A stretch of 64,000 bases of DNA. It comes from Pedobacter sp. (GTDB lineage: Bacteria; Desulfobacterota; Desulfuromonadia; Desulfuromonadales; Syntrophotaleaceae). Each line of letters opens with the position of its first letter. Position 1 is the first letter of the stretch. The notes under the pieces are model-generated. The model did not search any database and was not told the origin of the DNA. It saw only the letters and a list, made by a program, of their open reading frames with translations. Where the stretch lies: the NCBI GenBank assembly GCA_050253415.1, contig JBFWJC010000001.1:32001-96000 (forward strand), given 5' to 3'. The position numbers and the translations under genes were made by a program. Shown here piece by piece: positions 18,218-27,963 of the stretch.

Positions 18218-18571
18218 ATGACGGACGATATCTGCCAAATCAACTACGTGGACCAGGACCGGGTCGCCAGGGCCAGGTTGCGCATGCACGACGATCGCAC
18301 CATCGCCGAACTGGCCGAGATTTTCAAGGTGCTCTGTGAGCCAACCCGAATCCGCATCCTTCAGGCACTGACCGGAGAGGAATTGTGCGTTTGTGACCTC
18401 GCCGCCGTGGTCGAAACGACAGCCTCGGCCATTTCCCACCAACTGCGTCTGCTTCGCACCGCACGACTGGTCAAGTCGCGTAAAGACGGCAAAATGGTCT
18501 ACTACGCCTTGGACGACGTACATGTTCTGACACTTTTCGAGGAAGGGATCCGACATGTACTGGAAGGTTAG
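18218..18571 (+). CDS. ArsR/SmtB-family metal-sensing repressor (CadC/ZiaR-like)
   Basis: DICQINYVD; FKVLCEPTRIRIL; ELCVCDLA; SAISHQLRLLR; YYALDDVHV. Confidence 0.93.
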   Translation: MTDDICQINYVDQDRVARARLRMHDDRTIAELAEIFKVLCEPTRIRILQALTGEELCVCDLAAVVETTASAISHQLRLLRTARLVKSRKDGKMVYYALDDVHVLTLFEEGIRHVLEG

Positions 18572-18605
18572 CGAATAACTGTATAAGCAAGGAGTTTTTT
18601 ACCCA

Positions 18606-18631
18606 AACACCTGAATATGTCTTCATGCGTT
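18606..18631 (+). promoter_or_regulatory. SmtB/ArsR-type operator
   Basis: AACACCTGAA-TATGTC-TTCATGCGTT imperfect palindrome with TGAA-N6-TTCA core; weaker copy at 18184-18209. Confidence 0.7.
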
Positions 18632-18681
18632 CATCGACCTATTCCGTGGAAACGATCACCACACTTACAGAGGATACATAC

Positions 18682-19779
18682 ATGGCTGAAATAATACTGG
18701 GGATTCTGGCGGCATTCTGGGAAATTCTGACCGAATCGGCCCCTTTTGTGCTGTTCGGGTTTTTCGCTGCCGGCGTGCTCAAAGCCTTGGTTCCCGCTGA
18801 CATGGTGGCCCGCCACCTGGGAAAGAACAGTACCGCATCGGTACTGAAAGCCTCGTTGTTCGGCATACCTTTGCCACTGTGCTCATGCGGCGTAATCCCG
18901 GCGGCCATCGGGCTGCGCAAACAGGGTGCGGGGAAAGGGGCTACCGCAGCGTTTCTGGTCTCCGTGCCGGAAACCGGTGTCGATTCCATGGCCATCACCT
19001 GGGCCTTGCTCGATCCGGTCATGACTGTCATTCGGCCGATCGCCGCGTTTTTCACCGCCGTGATCACCGGTCTCTTGATCAACCGCCTGCCTGAAGAACC
19101 TGCTACTCCGACCGTCGCCGGCAACCAGCACGGCCACTGCGGATGCTCTTCCTCCTGCAGCAGCAACCAGGACACCCACGCCTCCCGGGCACCTCTGGGG
19201 TACCGCTTGCGGGACGGTCTGAGCTACGCTTTCGGCGATCTGCTGGGAGACATCGGCAAATGGCTGCTGATCGGTATTGGCATCGCCGGGGTTATTTCCT
19301 ATATCCTCCCAGAAGATTTCTTTCTACGCACCATGAACAGCGAGTGGCTGTCCCTGCTACTGATGCTGGGAGTGGGAATTCCGCTCTATATCTGTGCCAG
19401 CGCCTCCACTCCCATCGCCGCCGCGCTGGTCCTCAAAGGGCTTTCTCCCGGCGCGGCACTGGTTTTTTTGCTGGCCGGTCCGGCTACCAACCCGGCCACC
19501 ATCACGGTGGTGGCCCGATATCTGGGAAAATCGGCGGTCATTATCTACCTGATAGCTATCGCCTGCTGCTCCCTGGCCCTTGGCTGGCTCACCAACCGCC
19601 TCTACTCCTGGATCGGTCTGGACATCACCCGCTGGGTCAGCGAAACCGGTTCGGCCGCCGACTCGCCCATGATGGTGGTTGCGGCTGGAGCGTTGCTGTT
19701 CCTGTTGGCCCGCTGCTACTGGCCGCGTCCGAGAACGACCAGCCCCTGCTGCGCCAACACTGAAGGCAGCCATTCCTGA
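18682..19779 (+). CDS. DUF318/SO_0444-family heavy-metal permease
   Basis: GIPLPLCSCGVIP, PETGVDS, His/Cys-rich loop (HGHCGC..SC), PLYICASASTP, FLLAGPATN. Confidence 0.9.
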   Translation: MAEIILGILAAFWEILTESAPFVLFGFFAAGVLKALVPADMVARHLGKNSTASVLKASLFGIPLPLCSCGVIPAAIGLRKQGAGKGATAAFLVSVPETGVDSMAITWALLDPVMTVIRPIAAFFTAVITGLLINRLPEEPATPTVAGNQHGHCGCSSSCSSNQDTHASRAPLGYRLRDGLSYAFGDLLGDIGKWLLIGIGIAGVISYILPEDFFLRTMNSEWLSLLLMLGVGIPLYICASASTPIAAALVLKGLSPGAALVFLLAGPATNPATITVVARYLGKSAVIIYLIAIACCSLALGWLTNRLYSWIGLDITRWVSETGSAADSPMMVVAAGALLFLLARCYWPRPRTTSPCCANTEGSHS

Positions 19780-20069
19780 AATCCCTGTTGACCGTGATAC
19801 AAGCCCCTCTTGCTATCCCCTCATACGAAATATCCGATCCATGAGTCCGATGTGACTCATGGATCGAACCGTTTAAAGACACCCTTTCAGGCATTTTGCG
19901 GGTTGATCTTCTCCGGTTCCACGGATATCCTTGCCTTCGAAAAAAATGTTAAAAAGACCAAGGGGTCGCCCTAAGCATCCACATCGGCATCATCGGCTTT
20001 GGCCACAGGCAAAACCTTACGCAGCCGAATTGCAACCACAACCCGAAGACAGACCTACCGGAAGACATT

Positions 20070-21053
20070 ATGAACCAGCGTAAAAACCTTATGGCCCTTC
20101 TGCTCCTGGTCTGCAGTTTTCTATCGATAACGGGAAGCTGCCCGGCAAGTTCAAAAGCAGACTCTCTCTCACCTCAGGCGGAACCAAGCAGACAGATGAT
20201 GTCCCTGAATCAGGCCATCGTTCTGGGAACCATCGAAGGCTTGACAGAATACCTGCCGGTCAGTTCCACCGGCCATCTGCTGATCGCGGGACGCTTCATG
20301 AACATCGGCGGCACCTCGTCCGCCTCACCGGCCACTTCCGTCAAGGAGGCGCTTGACGCCTACACCATCTGCATTCAGATTGGAGCCATCCTCGCCGTGC
20401 TGGGGTTGTATTTTCGCCGAGTGCGGCAGATGTGGCGCGGCCTGCTAGGCAAAGACGTCCAGGGGCGCCGATTGTTGCTCAACGTAGTCGCAGGCTTTGT
20501 ACCGGCCGGGGTGATCGGGCTGCTCTTCAACGGCATGATCAAAACCTATCTGTTCGGCACTTGGCCCGTGATCGTGGCCTGGTTGGTCGGCGGATGGGCG
20601 ATCCTCGTCGTCTGCTGGCGCAACAAAGCCAAGCATCGTCCCGACGACTGCGGCCAGTCGATCGAGGAAATGTGCTGGCGCATGGCCCTGGTCATCGGCT
20701 TTGCCCAATGCATCGCCATGTGGCCGGGCGTCAGCCGCAGCCTGGTGACCATTGTCGGCGGCCTGCTGATCGGCCTGTCCGTGCCGGCGGCGGTGGAATT
20801 CAGCTTCCTGCTCGGTCTGGTCACCCTCGGCGCCGCCACCGGCTACGATCTCCTCAAGCATGGCCAACTCATGCTGCAGACCTTCGACGCCTTGACCCTT
20901 GCCGTCGGCATCGCGGTGGCTTTCATTGCGGCGATCCTGTCGGTGAAGTGGATGGTGAGCTACCTGCACCGCCACGGACTGGTCATTTTCGGATATTACC
21001 GGGTGGGATTGGCGCTGGTTACGGGAGTAATGCTGATGACCGGGACGCTCTGA
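20070..21053 (+). CDS. uppP: Undecaprenyl-diphosphate phosphatase (BacA family) with N-terminal extension
   Basis: EGLTEYLPVSSTGHL, IQIGAILAV, PGVSRS and EFSFLL motifs. Confidence 0.93.
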   Translation: MNQRKNLMALLLLVCSFLSITGSCPASSKADSLSPQAEPSRQMMSLNQAIVLGTIEGLTEYLPVSSTGHLLIAGRFMNIGGTSSASPATSVKEALDAYTICIQIGAILAVLGLYFRRVRQMWRGLLGKDVQGRRLLLNVVAGFVPAGVIGLLFNGMIKTYLFGTWPVIVAWLVGGWAILVVCWRNKAKHRPDDCGQSIEEMCWRMALVIGFAQCIAMWPGVSRSLVTIVGGLLIGLSVPAAVEFSFLLGLVTLGAATGYDLLKHGQLMLQTFDALTLAVGIAVAFIAAILSVKWMVSYLHRHGLVIFGYYRVGLALVTGVMLMTGTL

Positions 21054-21206
21054 GCTTTTGCCGTGTTACCGATACTCGACCCAGCAAGTTCTGCGAATCG
21101 TTTCCTCCCCCAGGGATGCCACAGGGCTCCGGAATAAAGAATGGCCGCTGATGACAATCCCTATCTCAGCGGCCCTGAAAAACCGGCAGAAAGGCAGGAC
21201 CAACCA

Positions 21207-21347
21207 TCAGTGGATGCTGATCCGTTTGCGCGCCTTCTGCGCTTCGGGCGATTTGGGCAGGCAAACCTTGAGTACGCCGTTTTTGAAGGTCGCGTCGATC
21301 TTATCCTCAACCACTTCGGTCGACAGGGGAATGGTCCTGTGAAAGGA
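21207..21347 (-). pseudogene. Orphan C-terminal fragment of an Hsp20/alpha-crystallin gene
   Basis: SFHRTIPLSTEVVEDKIDATFKNGVLKVCLPK...RKRISIH*; the N-terminal half is missing. Confidence 0.8.
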
Positions 21348-21356
21348 GCGTGAACA

Positions 21357-21539
21357 ATGACTGGCAAAAAACAGAAATTCTGTGAAATTCAGGACACCGA
21401 AGAGCTCCGTTCGCATCTGATTCAGGGTGGGAAAATGACCTGCGCCAAGTGTTGCGCGACGTCAAACGACCCCGAGGAACTCTGCGAACCGGTCAAGACT
21501 CCCGGCGCCAACCTGTTCTGTGATGGATTTCTGGTGTAA
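21357..21539 (+). CDS. Small Cys-rich hypothetical protein
   Basis: AAAGGAG RBS; 60 aa with FC...CAKCC...LCEP...FC; followed by a terminator-like hairpin at ~21571-21602. Confidence 0.6.
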   Translation: MTGKKQKFCEIQDTEELRSHLIQGGKMTCAKCCATSNDPEELCEPVKTPGANLFCDGFLV

Positions 21540-22206
21540 GAAACCTTTATCCGACAATCGGAGAAATAAAAATGGTCCTGCCTCGTCGGACCGTTTTTTT
21601 TTGCGGATAAACTTGATTTTTGCGGTCGGTATCCGCAATCGGCGCAGAACGTTCCGAAGCTTTTTCCCTTGCTTTAATCGGACACCTCTACCTTACCGAA
21701 GCAAGGACATAGCTTATACCAGCTTTCGGTCCAGGCTCCGGTACTGGATCGCCTCCGACTCGCAAAAGCCTCCTGACGGAAAGCCTTCATGCGCCGATAG
21801 TAGTTTTCCGGGAAGCATATATTCATGATTTTATTCCCTTCCTGACAGAATTAAAGTAAGTTGAAATAAACGGGAACATCTATATGTTGTTGGCCCATTT
21901 TACGGAGGTGTCGAAATTATGAGAGTTTCTGATGGTCGATGCGTCCGTATGCGCCTCTTGGAGGGTAAAGACACGGCTCGTCATTGGTTGCGCCTGCGGC
22001 GGCTATGGCGAGGGCGACGGCTTTGAGCGAGATATTTCCGAAATCAGGGTATAATCAAACGGAATCCGACTTTCAAAGCGGGGGCATTTGCGTCTGCAAG
22101 CGGTAGATTTTTCTAATGGCTTCTACCTTCCCAAAATGGAAAAACCAAGTTCTAAGGGGACCATACTTTTTTGCGGCGCTCACTTTTTCCTGAAATCGAG
22201 CTTTTC

Positions 22207-25200
22207 ATGACGAAAACAAATAAGGATGCTGACGCACTTAACGATAAGATTTTTTCGGACCCCTTATCGAATAAACCCGACCATTCGAAGACAACCACCA
22301 CCCTCGAAGACGGCAGCCCCAGATCCCAAGTGGAGACATCGGCCTCCGGGGAAGATGCACGGCGGTTGCAGAATGAAGAGGGCTTCCCCGTGGTTGCCCT
22401 TGGCGCTTCCGCCGGTGGCCTGCGTGCCCTGCAGGAGCTTTTCACCCACCTGCCTGCCGACACCGGCATGGCCTTCGTCGTAATCGTTCACCTGAGCAGC
22501 GAACATGAAAGCAATCTGCCGCAGTTGTTGGCCAAGTATACCGAAATGCCGGTTCACTCTACCGACGAGGCAAAAAGACTGGCACCGGACCAGGTTTTCG
22601 TCATCTCCGCCGATTGCACCCTCACCCTCAAAGATCGAATCCTGCAGCTCTCCGAACGGGAGAGGCTGCCGGGAAAATTCAAGCCGATCGACAGTTTTTT
22701 CGAATCGCTGGCAGACCAGCTGGAGAGAAAGTCGATTGGGGTTATCCTGTCAGGCACAGGTTCCGACGGCACCCGCGGCATCAAGGCGATCAGGGCGGGA
22801 GGCGGCATCACTTTCGCCCAGACCGAAGAAAGCGCCCAGTTTGCGGAAATGCCGCGCAATGCCGTCTTGTCGGGGAGCGTCGACTTCGTTCTGACCCCCG
22901 CGGATATCGCCCGACAACTTGGCGAGCTGGTCCAGTTGCCCCATTTACCCCCCCTTCCGCCGAGCGAAGAAAACGCCTCCGCGGACTGGAAAGAGATTCA
23001 CCGGTTGCTGAGCACAAAGGGGGGCGATTTCTCTCAATACAAGCAGGGCACCCTCCGGCGGCGAATTTCCCGGCGGATGTCGATCCACAAGACTGCCGAA
23101 CTGAGCGAATACGTGGCCTTCATAAAAGACCATCCCGAGGAACTCACGGCATTGCGCGAAGACCTGTTGATCAAGGTGACGGAGTTTTTCCGAGATGCCG
23201 AGATGTTCGAAGCCCTGGAGAAGAAGGTATTTCCGAAGATCCTGGCGTGCAAGCAAGACGGCGTGCCGATCCGGGTCTGGGTGCCCGGTTGCGCCAGCGG
23301 CGAAGAAGTCTACTCCCTGGCGATGGCCCTGGCCGAGTTTCAAGGGGAAAGCGGAACCTATTTACCGATGCAGATCTTCGGTACCGATGTCAGCGAAGAG
23401 GCCATCGAGAAGGCGCGCCAAGGCTTCTATGCGCAGGGGCAACTCTCCGGGGTTTCCCAAGAGCGCCTGAGAAAATTTTTCCTTCCCGCCACCGGCGGTT
23501 TCAAAGTCAAGAAGCACCTGCGCGAAATGTGTATTTTCGCCCGCCAGAACTTCATCAGCGATCCCCCATTTTCACGCCTGGACCTGATCAGTTGCCGCAA
23601 CGTCCTGATCTACTTCGACGCCTTACTGCAGAAAAATGTGTTTCCCCTCTTCCATTACGCCCTCAATCCTGACGGCTTTTTGGTGCTCGGCTCGGCCGAG
23701 AGTATCAGCCAGGCCGGAAATCTCTTCTCTGCCGTCGATGAAAAGAACCGGATCTTCGCCAAAAAAAAGACCGCGCAGCGCGAAACCTTCGCCTCCTGGA
23801 CCTACCACCAGGCCGGGCAGCCCTCTTCTCCGAAAAAGGTCCAGCCGTTTGACTATCGACAGAGAAAAACCGATGAACAAAAATTGCAGCGCGAGGTCGA
23901 TCGTTTCTTGCTGCGCAGGCTCGATCCGGTGGCGGTGGTGGTCGACAGCGCACTGAATGTCGTTCAATTCCGCGGCCACACCGCCCCCTTCATTGACCCC
24001 CAACCGGGCAAGGCGACCCTGAACTTGTTGAGAATCACCCGGGATACTTTGCGACTCGATCTGCAAGCCTTGCTTCGAAAGACCCAAGAACAGGGGACGA
24101 CCCAAGTCCGGGAACACTTGTACCGGGAAGCCGACCGGGAGTGCAGCCTCACCCTGGAGGCCAGCCCGTTGCAACTGGACCAGGAGCTCTTCTTTTTAAT
24201 CCGGTTTATACCGGGGCCCTCCCGGCCGTCCATACCCGAATCGGCCTCCGCTTTCGACCAGAGTAAAGAGCAGGTTCTCTGGCAGGAAAATCAGCGGCTC
24301 AAAAAAGAACTGGCGACCAGTTTGGAATTACTCCAAAAAATCCGCGAGGAAAAGGACGAGGCACTGGAGGATTTGAACGCCTCAAACGAGGAGGTCCTCT
24401 CCAGCAACGAGGAATTGCAGAGTATCAACGAGGAGCTTGAGACCTCCAAGGAAGAGCTGGAATCGAGCGTTGAAGAACTCAATACGGTGAATCAGGAACT
24501 CCAGGGACGGAACGAGGAACTGAAACAATCCCAGGGCGACCTGTACACCATCATCCAGAGCGTCCAGATCCCGTTTCTGATCCTCAACGAGGACCTGACG
24601 ATCCGCCGGATCAGCCCAAACGCGGAGCGAACCCTGAATATCTCCGCCGGCGATGTCGGGCGCAACGTGACCGAACTCAAATTAAGCTTCGAGCTTCCGG
24701 ACCTTCAAGGCACCCTGCTCAAGGTCATCCGGTCCGGGCGTGGCGAAGAACTCGAGATCCTTGGCCTCAACGGGCGCTGGTACCTGCTGCGCATCGACCC
24801 TATCGAGGGGAAAGAGCCCGCGAAAGGGGTGGTGCTGGCTCTTTTCGACATCGACCGCCTTAAGCGCAGCATCGAGGAGACGGAAAAAGCCTACAAATAT
24901 TCCCTGCGCATCGTCGACACCATCAAGGACCCCCTGCTGGTGCTCGATGAAAACCTTCGAGTCAAGAAAGCCAACCCCGCCTTTTACCAGAAGTTTCAAG
25001 TCAATCCGAAACAGACTGAAGGAAAAGAAATCTTTTCCCTGGGCGCGGGGCAGTGGGATCTGCCTGAACTGCGCAGCCTGCTTTCCGAAATCCTGCCGCA
25101 AAGCATGCAGATGGACAATTTCCAGGTGGAATTCGACTTTCCCCAACTGGGGCCACGAACGATGCAGCTATCCGCTCGCAGGATGAAAGCCACCTTTTCC

Positions 25201-26451
25201 CCCCATGAAGCGATCCTGCTGGGGATTGCCGACATCACGGAACAAAAAAAGATCGAGGACTACCTGCGCCGGGCCAAGCAGGCCGCCGATGACACAAGCC
25301 GGGCCAAGTCGGAGTTTCTTGCCAATATCAGCCACGAAATCCGCACCCCCATGACGGTGATCATCAGCGCCCTGAACTTTTTAGAGGAAGCCCCTCTCGA
25401 CCCCGATCAGAACCATCTTGTCGAAATGGCGTCACGATCGGCTCAAAACCTGCTCGACCTGCTGGATGATCTGCTCGATTTTTCTAAAATCGAAGTCGAC
25501 AAAATCAAGATTCACTTTGAGCCTTTAGACCTTTGGCAAAACGTGGAGGATGCCGTCGACATCCTCAAGCTTGAAGCGGAAAAGAAAGGGCTGGAATTCT
25601 CCTGGCATATCGCCGAGGACGTGCCTTCCACCGTTCTTGGCGACCGCAAGCGGCTGAGGCAGGTGCTGGTCAACCTGGTCGGCAACGCCCTCAAATTCAC
25701 CGAGATGGGACACATCGACGTAACGCTAAAGACCTCGAGCATGGCCTCTTCCAAGGACACGCCCGCGCTGCTGTTTTCCGTACAGGATACGGGGATAGGA
25801 ATTTCGGCCGAGGATATTACGCGGCTCTTTAAGAATTTCACCCAACTCGACAGTTCCACGACCCGTCAGTACGGGGGGACGGGGCTCGGCCTTGCGATCT
25901 GCCGGGGGCTGGTGGAGCGCATGGGCGGAAAAATCTGGGTGGAAAGCCGCCCGGGAGAAGGCAGCACGTTCTTCTTCACCCTGCCTCTGCAGGTACCGAA
26001 CGGCCTGGCAAAGGAAACCAGCCAAGAGAGGGAGTCTCGGGAACCCACCGAGATAACCTCCACCGTTGCCGGCATTTTGTCGGCGAAGATCCTGTTGGGC
26101 GAAGATGATGACTCTATTCGGGAACTGGTGGGCCTGTTACTGAAGACCTGGGGTTGGGAGGTGATTTTCGCCGAGAACGGGTGCGAGGCTCTGGACAAGC
26201 ACCTTGCCGAGAACCCCGATCTTATCCTCATGGATCTGCAGATGCCGGTGATGGATGGCTTGCAGGCAGTCCGGAAGATACGGGAACGGGAAGCCGGGCA
26301 GGGTCGACGCGTGCCGGTAATCGGCTTAACGGCCCATGCCCGCAAGCAGGAACGGGACCAATGCCTGGAAGCTGGAATGGACGACGTTCTGACAAAACCC
26401 ATCGATCTTCAAAAAATGCAAACCCTGATCCGGGGCTATCTGGAAAGATGA
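22207..26451 (+). CDS. CheB-CheR-PAS-histidine kinase-receiver hybrid protein
   Basis: CheB GASAGG/HL/GTGSDG; CheR WVPGCASGEEVYS and CRNVLIYF; EELQSINEEL coiled coil; two PAS-like regions; ANISHEIRTP; GGTGLGL; receiver MDLQMPVMDG...KP. Confidence 0.93.
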   Translation: MTKTNKDADALNDKIFSDPLSNKPDHSKTTTTLEDGSPRSQVETSASGEDARRLQNEEGFPVVALGASAGGLRALQELFTHLPADTGMAFVVIVHLSSEHESNLPQLLAKYTEMPVHSTDEAKRLAPDQVFVISADCTLTLKDRILQLSERERLPGKFKPIDSFFESLADQLERKSIGVILSGTGSDGTRGIKAIRAGGGITFAQTEESAQFAEMPRNAVLSGSVDFVLTPADIARQLGELVQLPHLPPLPPSEENASADWKEIHRLLSTKGGDFSQYKQGTLRRRISRRMSIHKTAELSEYVAFIKDHPEELTALREDLLIKVTEFFRDAEMFEALEKKVFPKILACKQDGVPIRVWVPGCASGEEVYSLAMALAEFQGESGTYLPMQIFGTDVSEEAIEKARQGFYAQGQLSGVSQERLRKFFLPATGGFKVKKHLREMCIFARQNFISDPPFSRLDLISCRNVLIYFDALLQKNVFPLFHYALNPDGFLVLGSAESISQAGNLFSAVDEKNRIFAKKKTAQRETFASWTYHQAGQPSSPKKVQPFDYRQRKTDEQKLQREVDRFLLRRLDPVAVVVDSALNVVQFRGHTAPFIDPQPGKATLNLLRITRDTLRLDLQALLRKTQEQGTTQVREHLYREADRECSLTLEASPLQLDQELFFLIRFIPGPSRPSIPESASAFDQSKEQVLWQENQRLKKELATSLELLQKIREEKDEALEDLNASNEEVLSSNEELQSINEELETSKEELESSVEELNTVNQELQGRNEELKQSQGDLYTIIQSVQIPFLILNEDLTIRRISPNAERTLNISAGDVGRNVTELKLSFELPDLQGTLLKVIRSGRGEELEILGLNGRWYLLRIDPIEGKEPAKGVVLALFDIDRLKRSIEETEKAYKYSLRIVDTIKDPLLVLDENLRVKKANPAFYQKFQVNPKQTEGKEIFSLGAGQWDLPELRSLLSEILPQSMQMDNFQVEFDFPQLGPRTMQLSARRMKATFSPHEAILLGIADITEQKKIEDYLRRAKQAADDTSRAKSEFLANISHEIRTPMTVIISALNFLEEAPLDPDQNHLVEMASRSAQNLLDLLDDLLDFSKIEVDKIKIHFEPLDLWQNVEDAVDILKLEAEKKGLEFSWHIAEDVPSTVLGDRKRLRQVLVNLVGNALKFTEMGHIDVTLKTSSMASSKDTPALLFSVQDTGIGISAEDITRLFKNFTQLDSSTTRQYGGTGLGLAICRGLVERMGGKIWVESRPGEGSTFFFTLPLQVPNGLAKETSQERESREPTEITSTVAGILSAKILLGEDDDSIRELVGLLLKTWGWEVIFAENGCEALDKHLAENPDLILMDLQMPVMDGLQAVRKIREREAGQGRRVPVIGLTAHARKQERDQCLEAGMDDVLTKPIDLQKMQTLIRGYLER

Positions 26452-26464
26452 ATTACTTGACTAT

Positions 26465-27496
26465 TCAACGGGATGCGACAAGCTCCTTGCGTTCCTCATC
26501 CCACAGCTTAAGGCGAATTCCAGACAGGCTCTTCCGGATGGTGAGGGCCGGCTTGTCTGCGAGCGCCGGAATGGCTTCGCAACATTGCCTCAGTCGGTAG
26601 TTGGGAATTCGGGGGCTCAGATGGTGGACGTGGTGATAGCCGATGCTGGCCGAAAACCAGCGCAAGACCGTGGGCAACTTGTAAAAGGAGCTGCCTTCCA
26701 TGGCAGCGCGCAGGGGATCCCAGTCCGGCCTGCGCGCCCAATAGACGCCCTCAAACTGGTGCTGCACATAGAAGAGCCAGACTCCCGCGGCTCCGGCCAT
26801 CCAGAAAACAGGAAGTTGCACAAGCAGGTAGGTTCGCCAGCCTATGGTGCCGGCGGCCAGCAGAAAGATGGATATGAGCAACAGATTGGTGAACACGACA
26901 CTCACACGCTCTTTGCGCCTCGCCTCTCGCGTTGGCAGGCGGTAGCGGAGCAGAAAGCTGAACACCGCGCCCAAGCCGAACAACACCAGGGGATTCCGGT
27001 AGAGGCGATAGGCCCTTCGCTTGGTTGCCGAGGCCTCCTCGTATTCCGCCTTGGTCATAGTCCAGATATCACCGAACCCACGAGCGTCAAGGTCGGCATA
27101 GCTTGCGTGGTGCCGCAGATGACTGAACCGCCAGTCGTCACACGGGGTAAACACCAACAACCCCAAAGTATGTCCGAAAAACTTGTTCAGTCCCTGCTTC
27201 GGAAACAGCGAGCCATGGACACAATCATGAAAAAGGATGAACAGCCTCACAAGAAACAGGGCGGCTACCGCGGCCAGTGCCAGCGTTATGGCATAGGGGT
27301 AGCCCCGCCGAATCGACATCACCATCAGAGCCCACAGGCCGCAATAGGGCAGAAACGTGTTGATCAGCTGCCAACTCGCCACCCCTGTATTGGGGGTCCG
27401 AAAGCCGGACAAGGTTGAATGCCAAGCCGGCCACTTAAAGCTCGAGCCGCCCCCCTTTGGGACGTCGCTGAATGATGTACCACCTTGCATTGCCAT
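26465..27496 (-). CDS. Membrane fatty acid desaturase (Bacillus Des-like)
   Basis: His boxes HDCVH, HLRHH and HHVHH; FYVQHQFE; PRIPNY; GGGAGG RBS. Confidence 0.92.
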   Translation of the reverse strand: MAMQGGTSFSDVPKGGGSSFKWPAWHSTLSGFRTPNTGVASWQLINTFLPYCGLWALMVMSIRRGYPYAITLALAAVAALFLVRLFILFHDCVHGSLFPKQGLNKFFGHTLGLLVFTPCDDWRFSHLRHHASYADLDARGFGDIWTMTKAEYEEASATKRRAYRLYRNPLVLFGLGAVFSFLLRYRLPTREARRKERVSVVFTNLLLISIFLLAAGTIGWRTYLLVQLPVFWMAGAAGVWLFYVQHQFEGVYWARRPDWDPLRAAMEGSSFYKLPTVLRWFSASIGYHHVHHLSPRIPNYRLRQCCEAIPALADKPALTIRKSLSGIRLKLWDEERKELVASR

Positions 27497-27653
27497 ATTC
27501 CCTCCCGCTTGGCTTTTCACAATGCCGCAGCCACACCAAGGCGGCAACCCGCCTTCAATACCGACAAACCATCCTCGCTACGCCGGCCAGCCCATCCCGA
27601 CTGGCGGCAATACAGAGAGGCATTCTTTCTTATTTCCGCCGCCAATCCGTCCA

Positions 27654-27752
27654 CTAATCTGACTCCGCCTCTGCAATAGGCAGGGTAAAATAAAAGGTGC
27701 TCCCCTGGCCTGACGTGCTCTCAACCCAGATGTGGCCGCCGTGCTCATTTTC
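27654..27752 (-). pseudogene. Orphan C-terminal fragment of a histidine kinase ATPase domain
   Basis: EHGGHIWVESTSGQGSTFYFTLP...* with no upstream kinase sequence in frame. Confidence 0.75.
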
Positions 27753-27963
27753 GAGCTTCCAGCCATCTTTCTCTAGAATTAAAGCAAAGAGCATGAAACA
27801 TTTCAATTGTTGAAGGCGATGGGAGCAAGGGATGTCCTCATCTTTCCACTTGGTTCCTGGCATTAAACTCCGGGCAGACGGCATCATTTCGTCGCGAGAT
27901 CTTCGAGACAAAAGCGAACGGTGATATAAACTTGAACTTGTTATTCGACCTAAGGAGATTGAA

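Noticed and set aside
17845..19950. CCTTCGAAAAAATG-like word upstream of both pit and uppP
   Set aside because: Short, low-complexity, and in opposite orientation relative to the two genes; probably chance
20000..20040. ACAGGCAAAACC upstream of uppP resembling the start of a c-di-GMP-I riboswitch
   Set aside because: The GAAA tetraloop stem and GACGCAAAGC segment are absent
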